DNA of 64,000 nt from contig CDRNST010000104.1 of NCBI GenBank assembly GCA_977016875.1, positions 5,518,001 through 5,582,000 of the forward strand. The letters run 5' to 3'. Below are positions 50,250 to 61,307 of this stretch, piece by piece. The DNA comes from Pavona decussata (Eukaryota). Within the stretch, counting starts at the first letter, position 1. Each line of letters opens with the position of its first letter. Both the position numbers and the translations under genes were made by a program. The notes under the pieces were generated by a model. That model was not told where the DNA came from. It ran no database searches and worked only from the letters and a program-made list of their open reading frames with translations.

Positions 50250-50312
50250 TTTTGCGGGAGGGTGCGGTCCAACGAGGAGACGGACCAAACGAGAGCCTTA
50301 ATTCATCCTTCA

Positions 50313-50510
50313 CAGGTATATTACGAACTCACAATATGACCAGCTCCCAATTGGCTTGATAGCTCAGTTGGCAGAGCACTGCACCGGCATCGCAGAGCCT
50401 CATGGGCTTTCTTTTCGCAACTGCCTAAGTTGCGTAGTAACTGCGAGGATCTTTCTCCTATTTGATCTTTCATCCGCAGTTCAAAATATATGTTTCATAT
50501 ATTTACATTT
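50313..50510 (+). repeat. tRNA-containing repeat family copy
   Basis: gaccagctcccaattggcttgatagctcagttggcagagcactgcaccggcatcgcag..cgcaactgcc.aagttgcg. Confidence 0.85.
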
Positions 50511-51569
50511 TGATCAATGTCTGTTAGATAAACTTGGATGTTTGACGTCATTTGAAAACACGTTTTGTGCGCCAGTGCATTCACGGGTGGATGCCATCGA
50601 CGGTATATATTTTCTTTGCCTATTTATTCCATTTTTACTACACTAACAGTGAATCAGTACGGAACTATACTATCTATATTTTTTATCAATTCACTTTTTT
50701 GAATCGTTGGTCAACAAAAAAGTGGACCTCCGCAGCCTGTGGGGGAGTGCGGGCGCACCCGTCGCATCCTGAAAAGATCTATGGTCCAGATATGTTGAAG
50801 ATAGCTGAAAATTATATTTTAATACAAGAGATGGAAAGTGATATTTTATGACATGAATTTTATATTATACCAGATTCAGTGAAAAGGTTCAAATTTATGT
50901 TTTAATACAAGAGATAGATGGAAATGATGTATTTATGATGTTTATGATATGAAACACAAAGAGGTGAATTATTATACAAATAATTACACAGCATTTTTGT
51001 CTGTTGAAATTAAATTATGACAAAAATTACACATTAGTTTTTCATTTGGTCTAACAGGATCCTGCGAGTAGAAAGGCTTGCTCTATTTTGGCACACTGTG
51101 GCACACTGTGCATGATTTTTTTCTCTACTTTTGCTGTGCAGGAATTTTATTTGGTAATTGCCCAGCCCCCCCTCAAGAATAAAATGGTCCATCCCTTGTG
51201 TCTCTGGAGGGGCCCAAATGCAGATGTTTGCCAACGTCATAGCGCGTGTCTGTGGCTACGAACAATGACCAAAAAATCTGAAATTATCATGCCGCTGTCG
51301 CGATAAGTGAGGATAGACAAAACAAACCTCCACCGAATACATGGACAAAACCATGTTAAAAATGAACAGCATATCGGATCTGAAAAGATCTATGGTCCAA
51401 ATCTAAAAGTAAAGAATAACTGCAAAGGACCGAAAATGTTGCAAGTACATGGCAATTATTTTTATATACGCGCAGTATAATGGATCAAGACTTAGACCCA
51501 AATGCAAATTAAGCATATCTTAATAGAGTATTAAGATTTAACTGAAATAGAATGATAAATATGGCTCAC

Positions 51570-51960
51570 CTCTGGGATTCATGTGTATCAATCCGTCGTC
51601 CATGTCTACCACGTTTTGATATGTTGTACGAGTTACAGAAGACAAAGCCTATTTTCGTCGCTTCATCGCCACGTTTTTCCTGGTTAAACACAAGCGATAT
51701 CCCAAAGAAGAAACAATACGTAATAGATCCATTCTGAAGGAAACATTGACACGACAAAGTTCCTTCTACCATCCGAAAATCCACAGTTATCAATCGCATC
51801 TGCTTCGCCGAATCAACATTACTCGTGGATGTTTTGCTTTTCTGTTGCATATTTCTGTGTCCATCAAGGTCCTCCACTTTAAATCTGGGCGTCTTATTTT
51901 GAAGTTCATTACTTCAAGGAGGAAGGACAAGCTTGTAAATCATAACTGTCGTCTCCAACG
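51570..51960 (-). pseudogene. Decayed first exon, copy 2 (paralog of 38072-38457)
   Basis: Clear nucleotide similarity between 37990-38715 and 51488-52255; same AG|gtgagc donor; ORF 51566-51877 shares GSITYCFFFGI..FNQEKR. Confidence 0.5.
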
Positions 51961-52994
51961 TTCGATTTAAAACACTAAAAACAGTCGCCGTTATTGATCT
52001 GCTATGTAACTGCTCCATTTTCACTTTGTAACCTTTCCCTAAAATGATACCGACGGTAGACTAGGGAGAGCTGAATTGAGCGGGAAAATCGAATTTTCTT
52101 TGATAATCCTTTAAAGCCCTCGGTTTACTGTTAAAGGTCATTTCCTATTTCTTTTCTTAAGCATGGTCTTTATTTTATAACTATCATGTAAAGAAATATT
52201 CTAGAGTAATAAAAACAGCAATTATCAGATCGGGGCGCCATTTTTTTCGCCTTCGTGCCCGAGTGATGACATCTGTGGTACCCAGAAGTCAATGGTTTGA
52301 CGAAACGACGAAAAGGTAATCGGGACTACGCCTACCATATAGTTCACTGCTGTGCGTTAATGCTCGGAAAAGAGGGAGGGAGGGTGGAAGACGCCTCCCT
52401 AAAGGGGTTGCCGTTTTTTACCCTTGAAGCACGCGGAAAGGGTATAGTGAAATTTAAAATTTCATTAAGTCATTGATATGTGAGATGGTAATGAGCTGAG
52501 CCTCTGAGCGGAGCCATCTCCTCCGAAAGTTGGTTGAGTACCAGCACCCCCCCCCCCTCCAGCTTCAATGCAAAAAGTTGGAAACTAGAACACCAACAAT
52601 TCGCATTGGAGAAGTTTAAGACGGATTACAATTGTTTTTAAGCTAATTTAATTTCATTGAATTCTAAACCACAAGTTAATTCTGTAATTCGTAATCTCCA
52701 ACGGATATGCTACAATGAAGTGAAAAAAGATCACGGTAGATAACTCCATGCTTGGCAATCACAATAGATATGGGTATTGAATCAAGAGTTTCCCTTCTAG
52801 CACCTTGTTAATGCATGGGTTTTCCAAGAATTTAGTGGAGATTGTGTCTCTCCGCCTATGGATAAAAAGGAGAAAAGGAACGCAGGCTCCATGTTCCACT
52901 CATATGCATTATGACTACAAAGTAGCACTAGACTAATGTACCCTCATGGGAACGTCTATTGGACTTACTATTTATCCTCAAATTGTCCTTGTCA

Positions 52995-53177
52995 TAGACC
53001 TCTTTCATAAATGGCGGCCGATAAATTATTCTTTTATTTTCATGGAAATTAGCCTTACTAGCCTCGCTAGCATGGGCAAAACTCAATAGAATTTTTACCC
53101 TAAAAGGAGGTTAGTAGGGCTTATTAACATATTTTGAAAAGAATAATAAATCGGCCGCCATTTACGAAAAAGGTCTA
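52995..53177. mobile_element. MITE
   Basis: TIRs tagacctctttcataaatggcggccgat / atcggccgccatttacgaaaaaggtcta. Confidence 0.85.
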
Positions 53178-53998
53178 TAGCTGTAATAGTGTTCGAGTTA
53201 TGGCGAAGCCAGTTACAGTAATTTTAAAAAGGTTTCATTCAACCTGTTAAAATTTACAGTGCCACTGCATACAAACGTTTCATGATTCGCCAACCGTCTT
53301 ATGCATTGCCTGGTTTGCGGTGAAATTTAAAACTTTTATATCCTGTAAAGGAAATCTTTTGTCTTAGTTTAAACCGGATTGATCGAGTTTTAATTTTCTT
53401 CTCTTAGTGTCAATTTCTTTGGCTCTGTTGCCTTGAAATGCTATAAGAATTTGAACTATTTTCACGGCTTCTATTTGATTGAAGGCCACCAAAATTCAAC
53501 TTTATCCGGCCTTCTTTGAAGAAGATAGGGTAGCGCGTTATTATTAACCAATATAATAACCAGCCTGATGCATGCAGGATCTTTCACATTAATCCTTTAG
53601 ATTATTGAAGTAGGTGACAGGATGTTGCCAAAAAGGAATAATAGTATTATGATGGAGGGTGATCTGTTCAATGTAAACATGCTTACTTTTCCAAACCAAA
53701 ATATATGGCCGAAGGAAATATACAAACCTAAGAAAGCAAACGATAATTACTTCACTTATGCTAATGAACGAAGGGGACACTGCGTGATTTATTGACTTTA
53801 GTCAGAGAATGATTCCCCTTGAGTAGATTGGAATGATCCCTCTGAGTTCGTCTAATTAAGTAATCATATCAAGTGTGACAAATGACGACTGGAGTCAGGA
53901 TTCAATGCAACAACATAAAGAATCACAGTCAATAAGGTTGCTTTTTGTACAACTCCAAGATTTGACATGGTTAGTAGGAAGTGCTAACGTGTACTCTG

Positions 53999-54985
53999 TT
54001 AGTTTGCTTTCCAGATGTTTTTAATTATTCCGCTTGTTTCCACCCTCAAATTTTCGCTGAATATAATGAACAACCATGGATGGATAGCAGCATTTGCGTG
54101 CGCCAACCAGTAAAACAGGAATCTAGGAATTGCGGGGATGGTGTCGTAGGCTTCGGGGTAAAATATCGACATTATGTGAGAGACGTGCACAGGAAGCCAA
54201 CAAAGTGCAAACACAGTGACAGCCGTCACAATCATCTTGTTCACTGCTCGACGGTTTCTTGCTTGCTTGGCATAAGCCTGCTGGTTAAAGTTGGGATTTC
54301 CCGGTGGTTTGTGCCTAGACAGTAAGAAGGCGATCAGTGAATACAGGACTGCTATGATGGTCAGAGGGACTGCATAGGTGATGACAACTCTAACAATCAT
54401 TTCCATTTTGTAGAAGACGGTCGATATCTCCCAGTCCTCGTGCCACTCATGGGAGCATGTAGATGTCCCATCTTCTAACTCCTCTGTTCTGAATTTGTAC
54501 AGCTGCCCACTAAATATCAAACTAGCACAAACCCAAACGCAAATAACAGAAGACACCACTGCCTTTGTTGACAGTGGCTTCCTCCGGATACACGCAATGG
54601 CCAGATACCGGTCAATAGAGATGACTGTGAGCGTCCAGACTGAACTACAAATGGAGACTAACAAGAAAAATGGGAGGATCTTGCAAAGTATTGTTCCTAA
54701 TATTCCCGATATCCAACATGCTCCACACAGGAAGTATGGCACCATAAAGGCACAAGCTTTCATCACGTCCACGAGATCAGAAATGGCCACGTTGGCCAGA
54801 AGCCAGCTAAAAGAGTTTTTACGAATGTTCGAGCGTGTGCGTACAATATGAATGACAAGCGAGTTACCGACAATGGAGAAAAGGAGAATTAGAGCGTAGG
54901 CTGTGATCAGGGTTATCTTTGTGGTGTCATTGAGCTGTTCGTCGCTGTACTCTTCTCCCTCAATGGAATTGTCGGAGTTGTTCAT
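53999..54985 (-). CDS. Class A GPCR paralog, about 328 aa, short C-terminal tail
   Basis: Same motifs as GPCR1 (GNSLVIHIVRTR, DRY, CWLP, HANAAIHPWLF); 81/114 identities counted over TM1-ICL2; ATG at 54985 (gctagcgATG) preceded by acceptor-like ttctgttag/ctacag at 55000-55010; stop right after KAN. Confidence 0.92.
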   Translation of the reverse strand: MNNSDNSIEGEEYSDEQLNDTTKITLITAYALILLFSIVGNSLVIHIVRTRSNIRKNSFSWLLANVAISDLVDVMKACAFMVPYFLCGACWISGILGTILCKILPFFLLVSICSSVWTLTVISIDRYLAIACIRRKPLSTKAVVSSVICVWVCASLIFSGQLYKFRTEELEDGTSTCSHEWHEDWEISTVFYKMEMIVRVVITYAVPLTIIAVLYSLIAFLLSRHKPPGNPNFNQQAYAKQARNRRAVNKMIVTAVTVFALCWLPVHVSHIMSIFYPEAYDTIPAIPRFLFYWLAHANAAIHPWLFIIFSENLRVETSGIIKNIWKAN

Positions 54986-55324
54986 CGCTAGCTTTCTCAC
55001 TGTAGAACCTAACAGAACAATATATCGTGTAAGTGAGCGGAATACAGTAAATGACTGGAAACCTGAAGAGCCTCGCTAGCATGTCTTGGGTGATAAATCG
55101 GGTAAGTTCTTTTAACAAACAGTTGTTACTGAGTAACTGTCCTCGGCTTTGACAGCAAAGGGTAAGTGAAATAAATAGCCATGGTAAATGGTATGTTTTC
55201 AATTGATTTTGTTTTATTCTCTACTTAGTTAATAAAGCTGTACAGAGCTGTAAAGAGTTGGATTCCACTTGTTTGTGTGCAACACGCCAATTCTAGCCAC
55301 TATGATAACCAGACGGGCCGCCCC

Positions 55325-55504
55325 TATAGAGTGTTTTCACATGACGTCACGGCGGCCATGTGGTGTCCCAAAAGAAAGAATTGGCGGCCATGTTGGTGTC
55401 ACAAACTAAACCTCTGGGAATTGAACTCTATTTTTATGCAAATACTTTCTTTTGTTTCAGTAAACCAATATGGCTGGTAGTCACGTGAATGAAAACACTC
55501 TATA
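55325..55504. mobile_element. MITE in the GPCR2 upstream intron
   Basis: TIRs tatagagtgttttca..tgac / gtcacgtgaatgaaaacactctata. Confidence 0.85.
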
Positions 55505-55883
55505 TTTCTTAATGTCTATCATTCACCCAGGTTAACCGCTTCGTGCTCGACCAAACCAGTACCCAAGCCAGATATCCGGGTTTTACTCGTAGTGCCGTCT
55601 ACTGGGTTGAAATTTTAAGTTCTCGTGTTATTGGTACATGTACATTGTGTTGTTTTTCTCAGACCGAATCCCAACAGAATCACAGTGCCGAATGTTTGGA
55701 CCTAGACTACCTATAGTTCTAGGGTAGAAGACGAATCTGAATAAAAGAATCAGTCATTTTGATATCCCGCTAAATATTGCCCACTCTAGTCCTCTAGAAG
55801 CAACGCTGGGCTAGTAGGATTGAAGGATTCTGTGATCGTTTAGGTTCGTGGTAATTATCCTGTCTCGGTTATTTTGTTGAAAA

Positions 55884-56850
55884 TTTATTTTTATTTATTT
55901 ATTTTTATTTTATTAGATAAGCCAACAGATAATACGTTACAATAATGATCAACAACTAACAGAATACAATAAAAACACGATATGGCAGGGAACCTGCAAC
56001 AGCGCAAGCCAGTTACTGCGGACACCAGTACGTTAGAAAAATTTAAAATAAACGGACAGGAAGGGAAAAGTTAAAACTAGAAGCAGCAGGAGATGGGGCG
56101 AGCGAGACTGCCGCATTTGTTGCACTTAAGGCATACAGATTTAAAGGTACCCAGCTTTTCGCAGTCGCAGTTACTTAAGGCGGAGAAATAATACTTGGAC
56201 ATAACATCCTTAAATATTGTGAGTCTGTCCATACACAAGTTAAGTTCATGTGCGAGAGTATTCCAGATGCGGATGCATCTGATTAAGTAGGATTTTTGAT
56301 AAGTGGCCGTCTTACATTTAGGTTCTATATACTGTGTGATATTACTAGTTGAATATCTGGTTGGTCTTGTACTACGAACTACAGGAACAATAGATGGATG
56401 TACATCAATAAGGCCATGGGTCATTTTACAGAAAAATACCATTTCCAAAATACTCGTGCCAGAATGTTTAAGGTAACAGGTGAAAAGATCTTAACCTATC
56501 CATATATGACATTGTGCAAGAAAAAGGCAAGTTAAGGATATATTTAGTGGCACACCTTCGTGTCGTTTCAATTCTAGCTATAAGTTCTACTGACTGAGGA
56601 ACCCATATTTAGGTCGCGTGACCGAAGAGAGGCCTCACTAATGTCAGGTAAGCAGATCGCCTGGTATCTGAGCTTCGAATGAATCTAGTATTTCTCCTAA
56701 TGTAACCTAAGAGTTTGTTTGCTTTATAACGTCTGCTCAAAGACCTGTCTGTTCTATGTGAAGTCTTTTGCGACAAAGACTCCTAGGTCACGCTCAGTGA
56801 CCACTGACTCCAAGGTTTTCCCTTATATACTGTACGATGTCACCACCGGT
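55884..56850 (-). mobile_element. 5'-truncated LINE 3' fragment (CR1/L2 group)
   Basis: RSAYLTLVRP..ATKYILNLPF..LEMVFFCKMTHG..RCIRIWNTL; (aataa)n tail at 55884-55914. Confidence 0.88.
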
Positions 56851-57298
56851 TTATCAAAAGGAAAGCTAACTCCAGGGATACCTTTTGACGAGGGTTCGAG
56901 ATTTTCCTTCACGTAACACCAAACCGTTTGCATCCCTGTATTTTAGGGACCGCGGGATGCAAACTATTTTACGTGTCTCAAGTTTCGTTGACACAATGAA
57001 CGATTAGTGTTTGCTTTGATTGATTCCTTGATTGACATTACGTTTCGTGATTGACCTTATGACTGACAGTTAAAAAAGGCATTGTAAACCCAAATATTGC
57101 GATTTGGCAAAAAATATGTTAAAAAGAACTCAATCACGCGAATGTTCTCCAAATGCTGATTCCCATTAACAAACTGGTAGTCTCGGAATTGGCACAACAG
57201 ATTTTGACTTAGCAAAAATAGGTTGACATGTTAGCTTGCAACTAAGCACAGGCCTTACAAAGGTGCACGACATCATGATGTCTTTGCACTTTTAAGTG

Positions 57299-57354
57299 CA
57301 ATGTTGAAATGCATCATTCAGTTTTAAAAAACTGAATGATGCATTTCAACATTG
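57299..57354. repeat. Perfect 27-bp inverted repeat, 2-nt spacer
   Basis: caatgttgaaatgcatcattcagtttt-aa-aaaactgaatgatgcatttcaacattg. Confidence 0.95.
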
Positions 57355-59555
57355 TTCATTTCTTCAAATGGATCCTCCGAGTGGAAGGGCCGGTTGACTC
57401 GCTCTTTACTAGCTCAGTATTTCCTTCTTTCACCCATCCTTTAGCTACGTGGCTACTGCACCTAAATAATATAAATCGGATCCAAATAGCACTCGCATTG
57501 TTTGCTTAAGTATTCTATTGTAAATTCAATAGGATGACACTTGTGTTTGCTTTTGGATTCTTTATACTTGCATATTTTCTCTTGTTTACACCTTTTGTTT
57601 GAATTGAAATATTGCCGAACTCTGTTCGTTTAACTAAGATTTTGTGTTTCCCGATAACTAGGCTTTGTTAGAATGAATTCTGTTGTTACAGCAGTCCTCC
57701 TGTATTTATCCTCACACTGGAACAGAGGCTTTCGCAATTTTAAATATGTTCCTAGCTGTACTAGCCGTTTTGTACAGCTGTAGACGTTCAATAAATTTTG
57801 TATCTATGTGGCTGGCTGCTGGTTTTTTTCAGTCTTTTTGGATAGGACGATTTTTTACAATAGAAAAAGAGTTTTTCCATTTCAGTTGATTAGTTTTCGC
57901 GACAAAATAAACGTTTGCCGTTGTTCAATAATTCCTTTTGTTGTAAAACTATTTTGAATAGCTTCGCTAGTTACAAATATACCATGCTTGTAATTGTTAA
58001 TTGATTTTGCCAGTTGTGATTAAACTGTGCGGATCCAGCTTTGTGTGGTTCACTGCTGTCCATGTATGGAGTTCCAGTTGTAGCAGATCCCGAAGGAACC
58101 AGGAATTTGTGACAAGATTCTGCAGTCCCGCAGGCTGAGAGTTTGCAAGCAAAGAGTAAGTGTTCCCGCGGTTATACCGCTGAAGTTACAGTTTCCTTTC
58201 CCAACACTTTAAGTGGAAAAACCTATCGTCACTGTCGTAAAGGCTTACCCGAGGCGGGCTGTATGCAAGGGCTTCAGGAGACCTCGAAGTCACCGTTGCT
58301 GTCTCCCCATTCCATTAACTTTTGGCCTTTTGCTGAATACAATTTGTTAAACCCATCCTTCGCCAGCCTCTCCATTGACAGTGAGATCCAGAAGATGGAA
58401 AAAATTATTGATGCCAGCTTCGCCAAAGCCTTGGTTGTCAGTTTTCTTGGCCTTTAATAAATTAAATGCATCCTAGACAAGAAGCCGACTTTTGCTCTAC
58501 GTGCGACTTGATTACTTTATCTACCACTATCAGAATTTCCACTTCATTTCAGTAATGTTTTAACTTTGTGCAATTACAAATCTATCGAGGGAAATATATT
58601 TAAAAAAATTCTAGTACTTCCGCTGGAAACATTGAAAGATAATTATGATTCTTTAGGCTAATTTAATGCAAAGGTAAGATCGCATGGAGTGTTTACAAAT
58701 GGTCATAACTGAAACTTTTAATAGTAAGGTTTTTAATGGTCATGACTGGAGGAATTACAATACTTTTTGGTTGATTATTATTATAGTTAATCTGAGATTG
58801 AGATCCGTTCCGGAAACTTTGACCCAAGAAAGGTTTCCTTAAGCACGTCTTGTTTATAGTGCAACTTTCTATATAAAAGAGCACCCCCATACCTCAAAAA
58901 AGTTTCTAAAGTCTGTACACCCACGAATTTCGTTTGCAGCTAACTCGTCTTTTCAATCATTTAAAAAAGTAGTCAGTTTATAGTAAATGGTGAACGAAAC
59001 TAACTCACCGTTTAAAGACGTCAGTTAGCTTGTTGACAGCTTGGAAATTCCTGTGTCGTTTTGGCAATTAAAATGTATATTTATCAGCAGCTCACTGTCG
59101 AATAGACGTAAAAGAATTACGTTAAAAAAAAGAGCTAATACGACAAAGAAAATTTCGGTAGGAAATAGCGGAATCTCCAGCCAGAATTCTACTAAAAAGG
59201 TACGTACAGAAATTGACCTACGTGTTTACAGCTTCTTGAAACTTTTCGGTATAGACAACGCACAAGCAATGGAAGCTCACCGAGATGATGTACAGCAATA
59301 CAGCGCGAACAAACGTACAACGCAGGATAACTTCAGCAAGGAATTTGCACTAACGCATAAATTGACTTCTGACGTACAATGCTAATCTTAAATTGAAGCT
59401 CAACTTAGAGCGCCTAGTGAATGGCCGTGTTCTTTTTCGTATAATTGATTTATTCATCTTTTGTACTAAATAGAAAGTCAGGGTCAAGGGCTTCTTATAT
59501 TCCTTTGAACACAGAAAACGTCACTTTGCTCGACATGGAGATGGACATAATCCAA

Positions 59556-59972
59556 ATATGATATGAAACATATATTGGAACTGCGGATAAAAGATTAAAT
59601 AGAAGAAAGATCCTCGCAGTTTGTGAGAAAGCTAGGGTGAAAAAAAAAAAAAAAACTGGTTTGAACGGGATTCGAACCCATGTCCTCTGCCATGCCGGTG
59701 CAGTGCTCTACGAAATGAGTTCCTAGTATACTCGTGAAGGATGAATAAATGAATATGCATATACGAAACATATATTGGAACTGCGGATGAAAGATGAAAT
59801 GGAAGAAAGATTCTGGCAGTTTTTGCGCAACTAAAGCAGTTGCGAAAAGAAAGCTAGCCTGAAAAAAATTCAGGCTTGAACGGTATTCACGCCTGAAATT
59901 TTTTTCAGGCTAGCGTTCTTTTCGCAACTGCTTAAGTTGCGCACAAACTGCGAGGATCTTTCTTCTATTTCA
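59556..59972 (-). repeat. tRNA-containing repeat family: tandem units plus hairpin with arms of about 85 bp
   Basis: gggattcgaacccatg.cctctgc.atgccggtgcagtgctctac; inverted arms 59795-59880 / 59886-59972. Confidence 0.85.
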
Positions 59973-60023
59973 CAGTTTCTTTTGTTACTAACTCCTTGCT
60001 GAAACAAGGACTGTGGGAGGAGA

Positions 60024-60167
60024 NNNNNNNNNNNNNNNNNNNNNNNNNNNNNNNNNNNNNNNNNNNNNNNNNNNNNNNNNNNNNNNNNNNNNNNNNNNNN
60101 NNNNNNNNNNNNNNNNNNNNNNNNNNNNNNNNNNNNNNNNNNNNNNNNNNNNNNNNNNNNNNNNNNN
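60024..60167. other. Assembly gap
   Basis: Run of N. Confidence 1.
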
Positions 60168-60438
60168 TGTAATTGAAGTCGACAACAAAAAGAATAGTGA
60201 TTGTGTAAATAACGGCCTAAGAATAGAAACTAAACGCTGAAATTGCCAACTGTTTGCAAAATAAATCCAAAACAGGCCAAGAAGAAATCGATTTGTGGCC
60301 GCAGGAGGGATAAAAGGCACGAAATAATCAAACTTACCTCGCAGAAAAGGAAAAGCAAACTTTCTTCACAGCAATCAATCGACGCGAATGTCAAGCAGAC
60401 GGCCTGCTTAGTCACATGATCCTCGCACAATTTGCATA

Positions 60439-60923
60439 CCTTATCATAGGAAATTTTAAAAATTCGTGTTAATTTAAGTAGCCTTAATTTTTGTTAACCT
60501 ATAATGTCCGCGCCATTAATTAAGTGGTGCGTTAATTTCCGCGACCTTAATTCCCATGGTTTTCGTCCCAAATTGTCGATGCACTCCAGAAAAGAAAAAA
60601 AAAATCGTTTTATTAGAGCGGAGATCCGCCGGTATCATGGACACTGTGAACATCGCTCCTGGTCAGATTCCTTCGTTTCCATTAATGCCTGCGTTTAGGA
60701 ACAATAACACGAACATTGTTTGCATTTTGGACCTTCACATTTAGTGTTTAAATAAATTTGTTCCTGTTGTCTCAACAAATTATGTTTCTTTGTGTAAGTC
60801 GCGTTAACTTCCCTCATTTTGAAATTTTAGCACCTCTTTCGTGTTAATTTCCTTTATTGGGAAGTTAGTCGCGTTAATTTCCAATACCTTAATTATAACG
60901 AGCGTTAATTTCCTTTAATAAGG
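60439..60923. mobile_element. TA-flanked MITE
   Basis: TA|CCTTATCATAGGAAATT ... AATTTCCTTTAATAAGG|TA; internal gcgttaatttcc repeats. Confidence 0.8.
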
Positions 60924-61231
60924 TATTTACGATTGACTCGTCCCCAAGCCCCAGGTACTGACTCTTCTCTAATGACCCCAAGCATGAGAGAGAATGCATA
61001 GAAATTCTATTTGAAGGCAAATATCTTATTTTGTTAAAAAAATAATTACCGAAATAATCTGTCCACATTTTCGCGGTTTATTTTAGGAGACCGGAATTTA
61101 TTTTTTGTTCAATATCTTAGCCAAATCGAATCTCTTCGATCAGAAGATTTGAATGTTGCCAAGTTCTTATCAATCTTACAAAAAGAATACTTTTTATTCG
61201 GGATTTGGCCACAAATTTTGGAACTCATAAT

Positions 61232-61307
61232 CAAACAAACAAACAAACAAACAAACAAACAAACAAACAAACAAACAAACAAACAAACAAACAAACAAAC
61301 AAACAAA
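61232..61307. repeat. (CAAA)n microsatellite
   Basis: About 19 perfect units. Confidence 0.98.

Noticed and set aside
49988-50313. ORFs spanning N runs (also 59988-60320)
   Set aside because: Artefacts of assembly gaps.
57400-59400. Possible decayed DNA-transposon coding region
   Set aside because: No recognisable motif or termini by eye.
60338-60420. First exon of GPCR2 (GAG|gtaagt donor)
   Set aside because: Only a donor-like motif beside a gap; other candidates exist at about 62580 and 62718 and I cannot choose among them.
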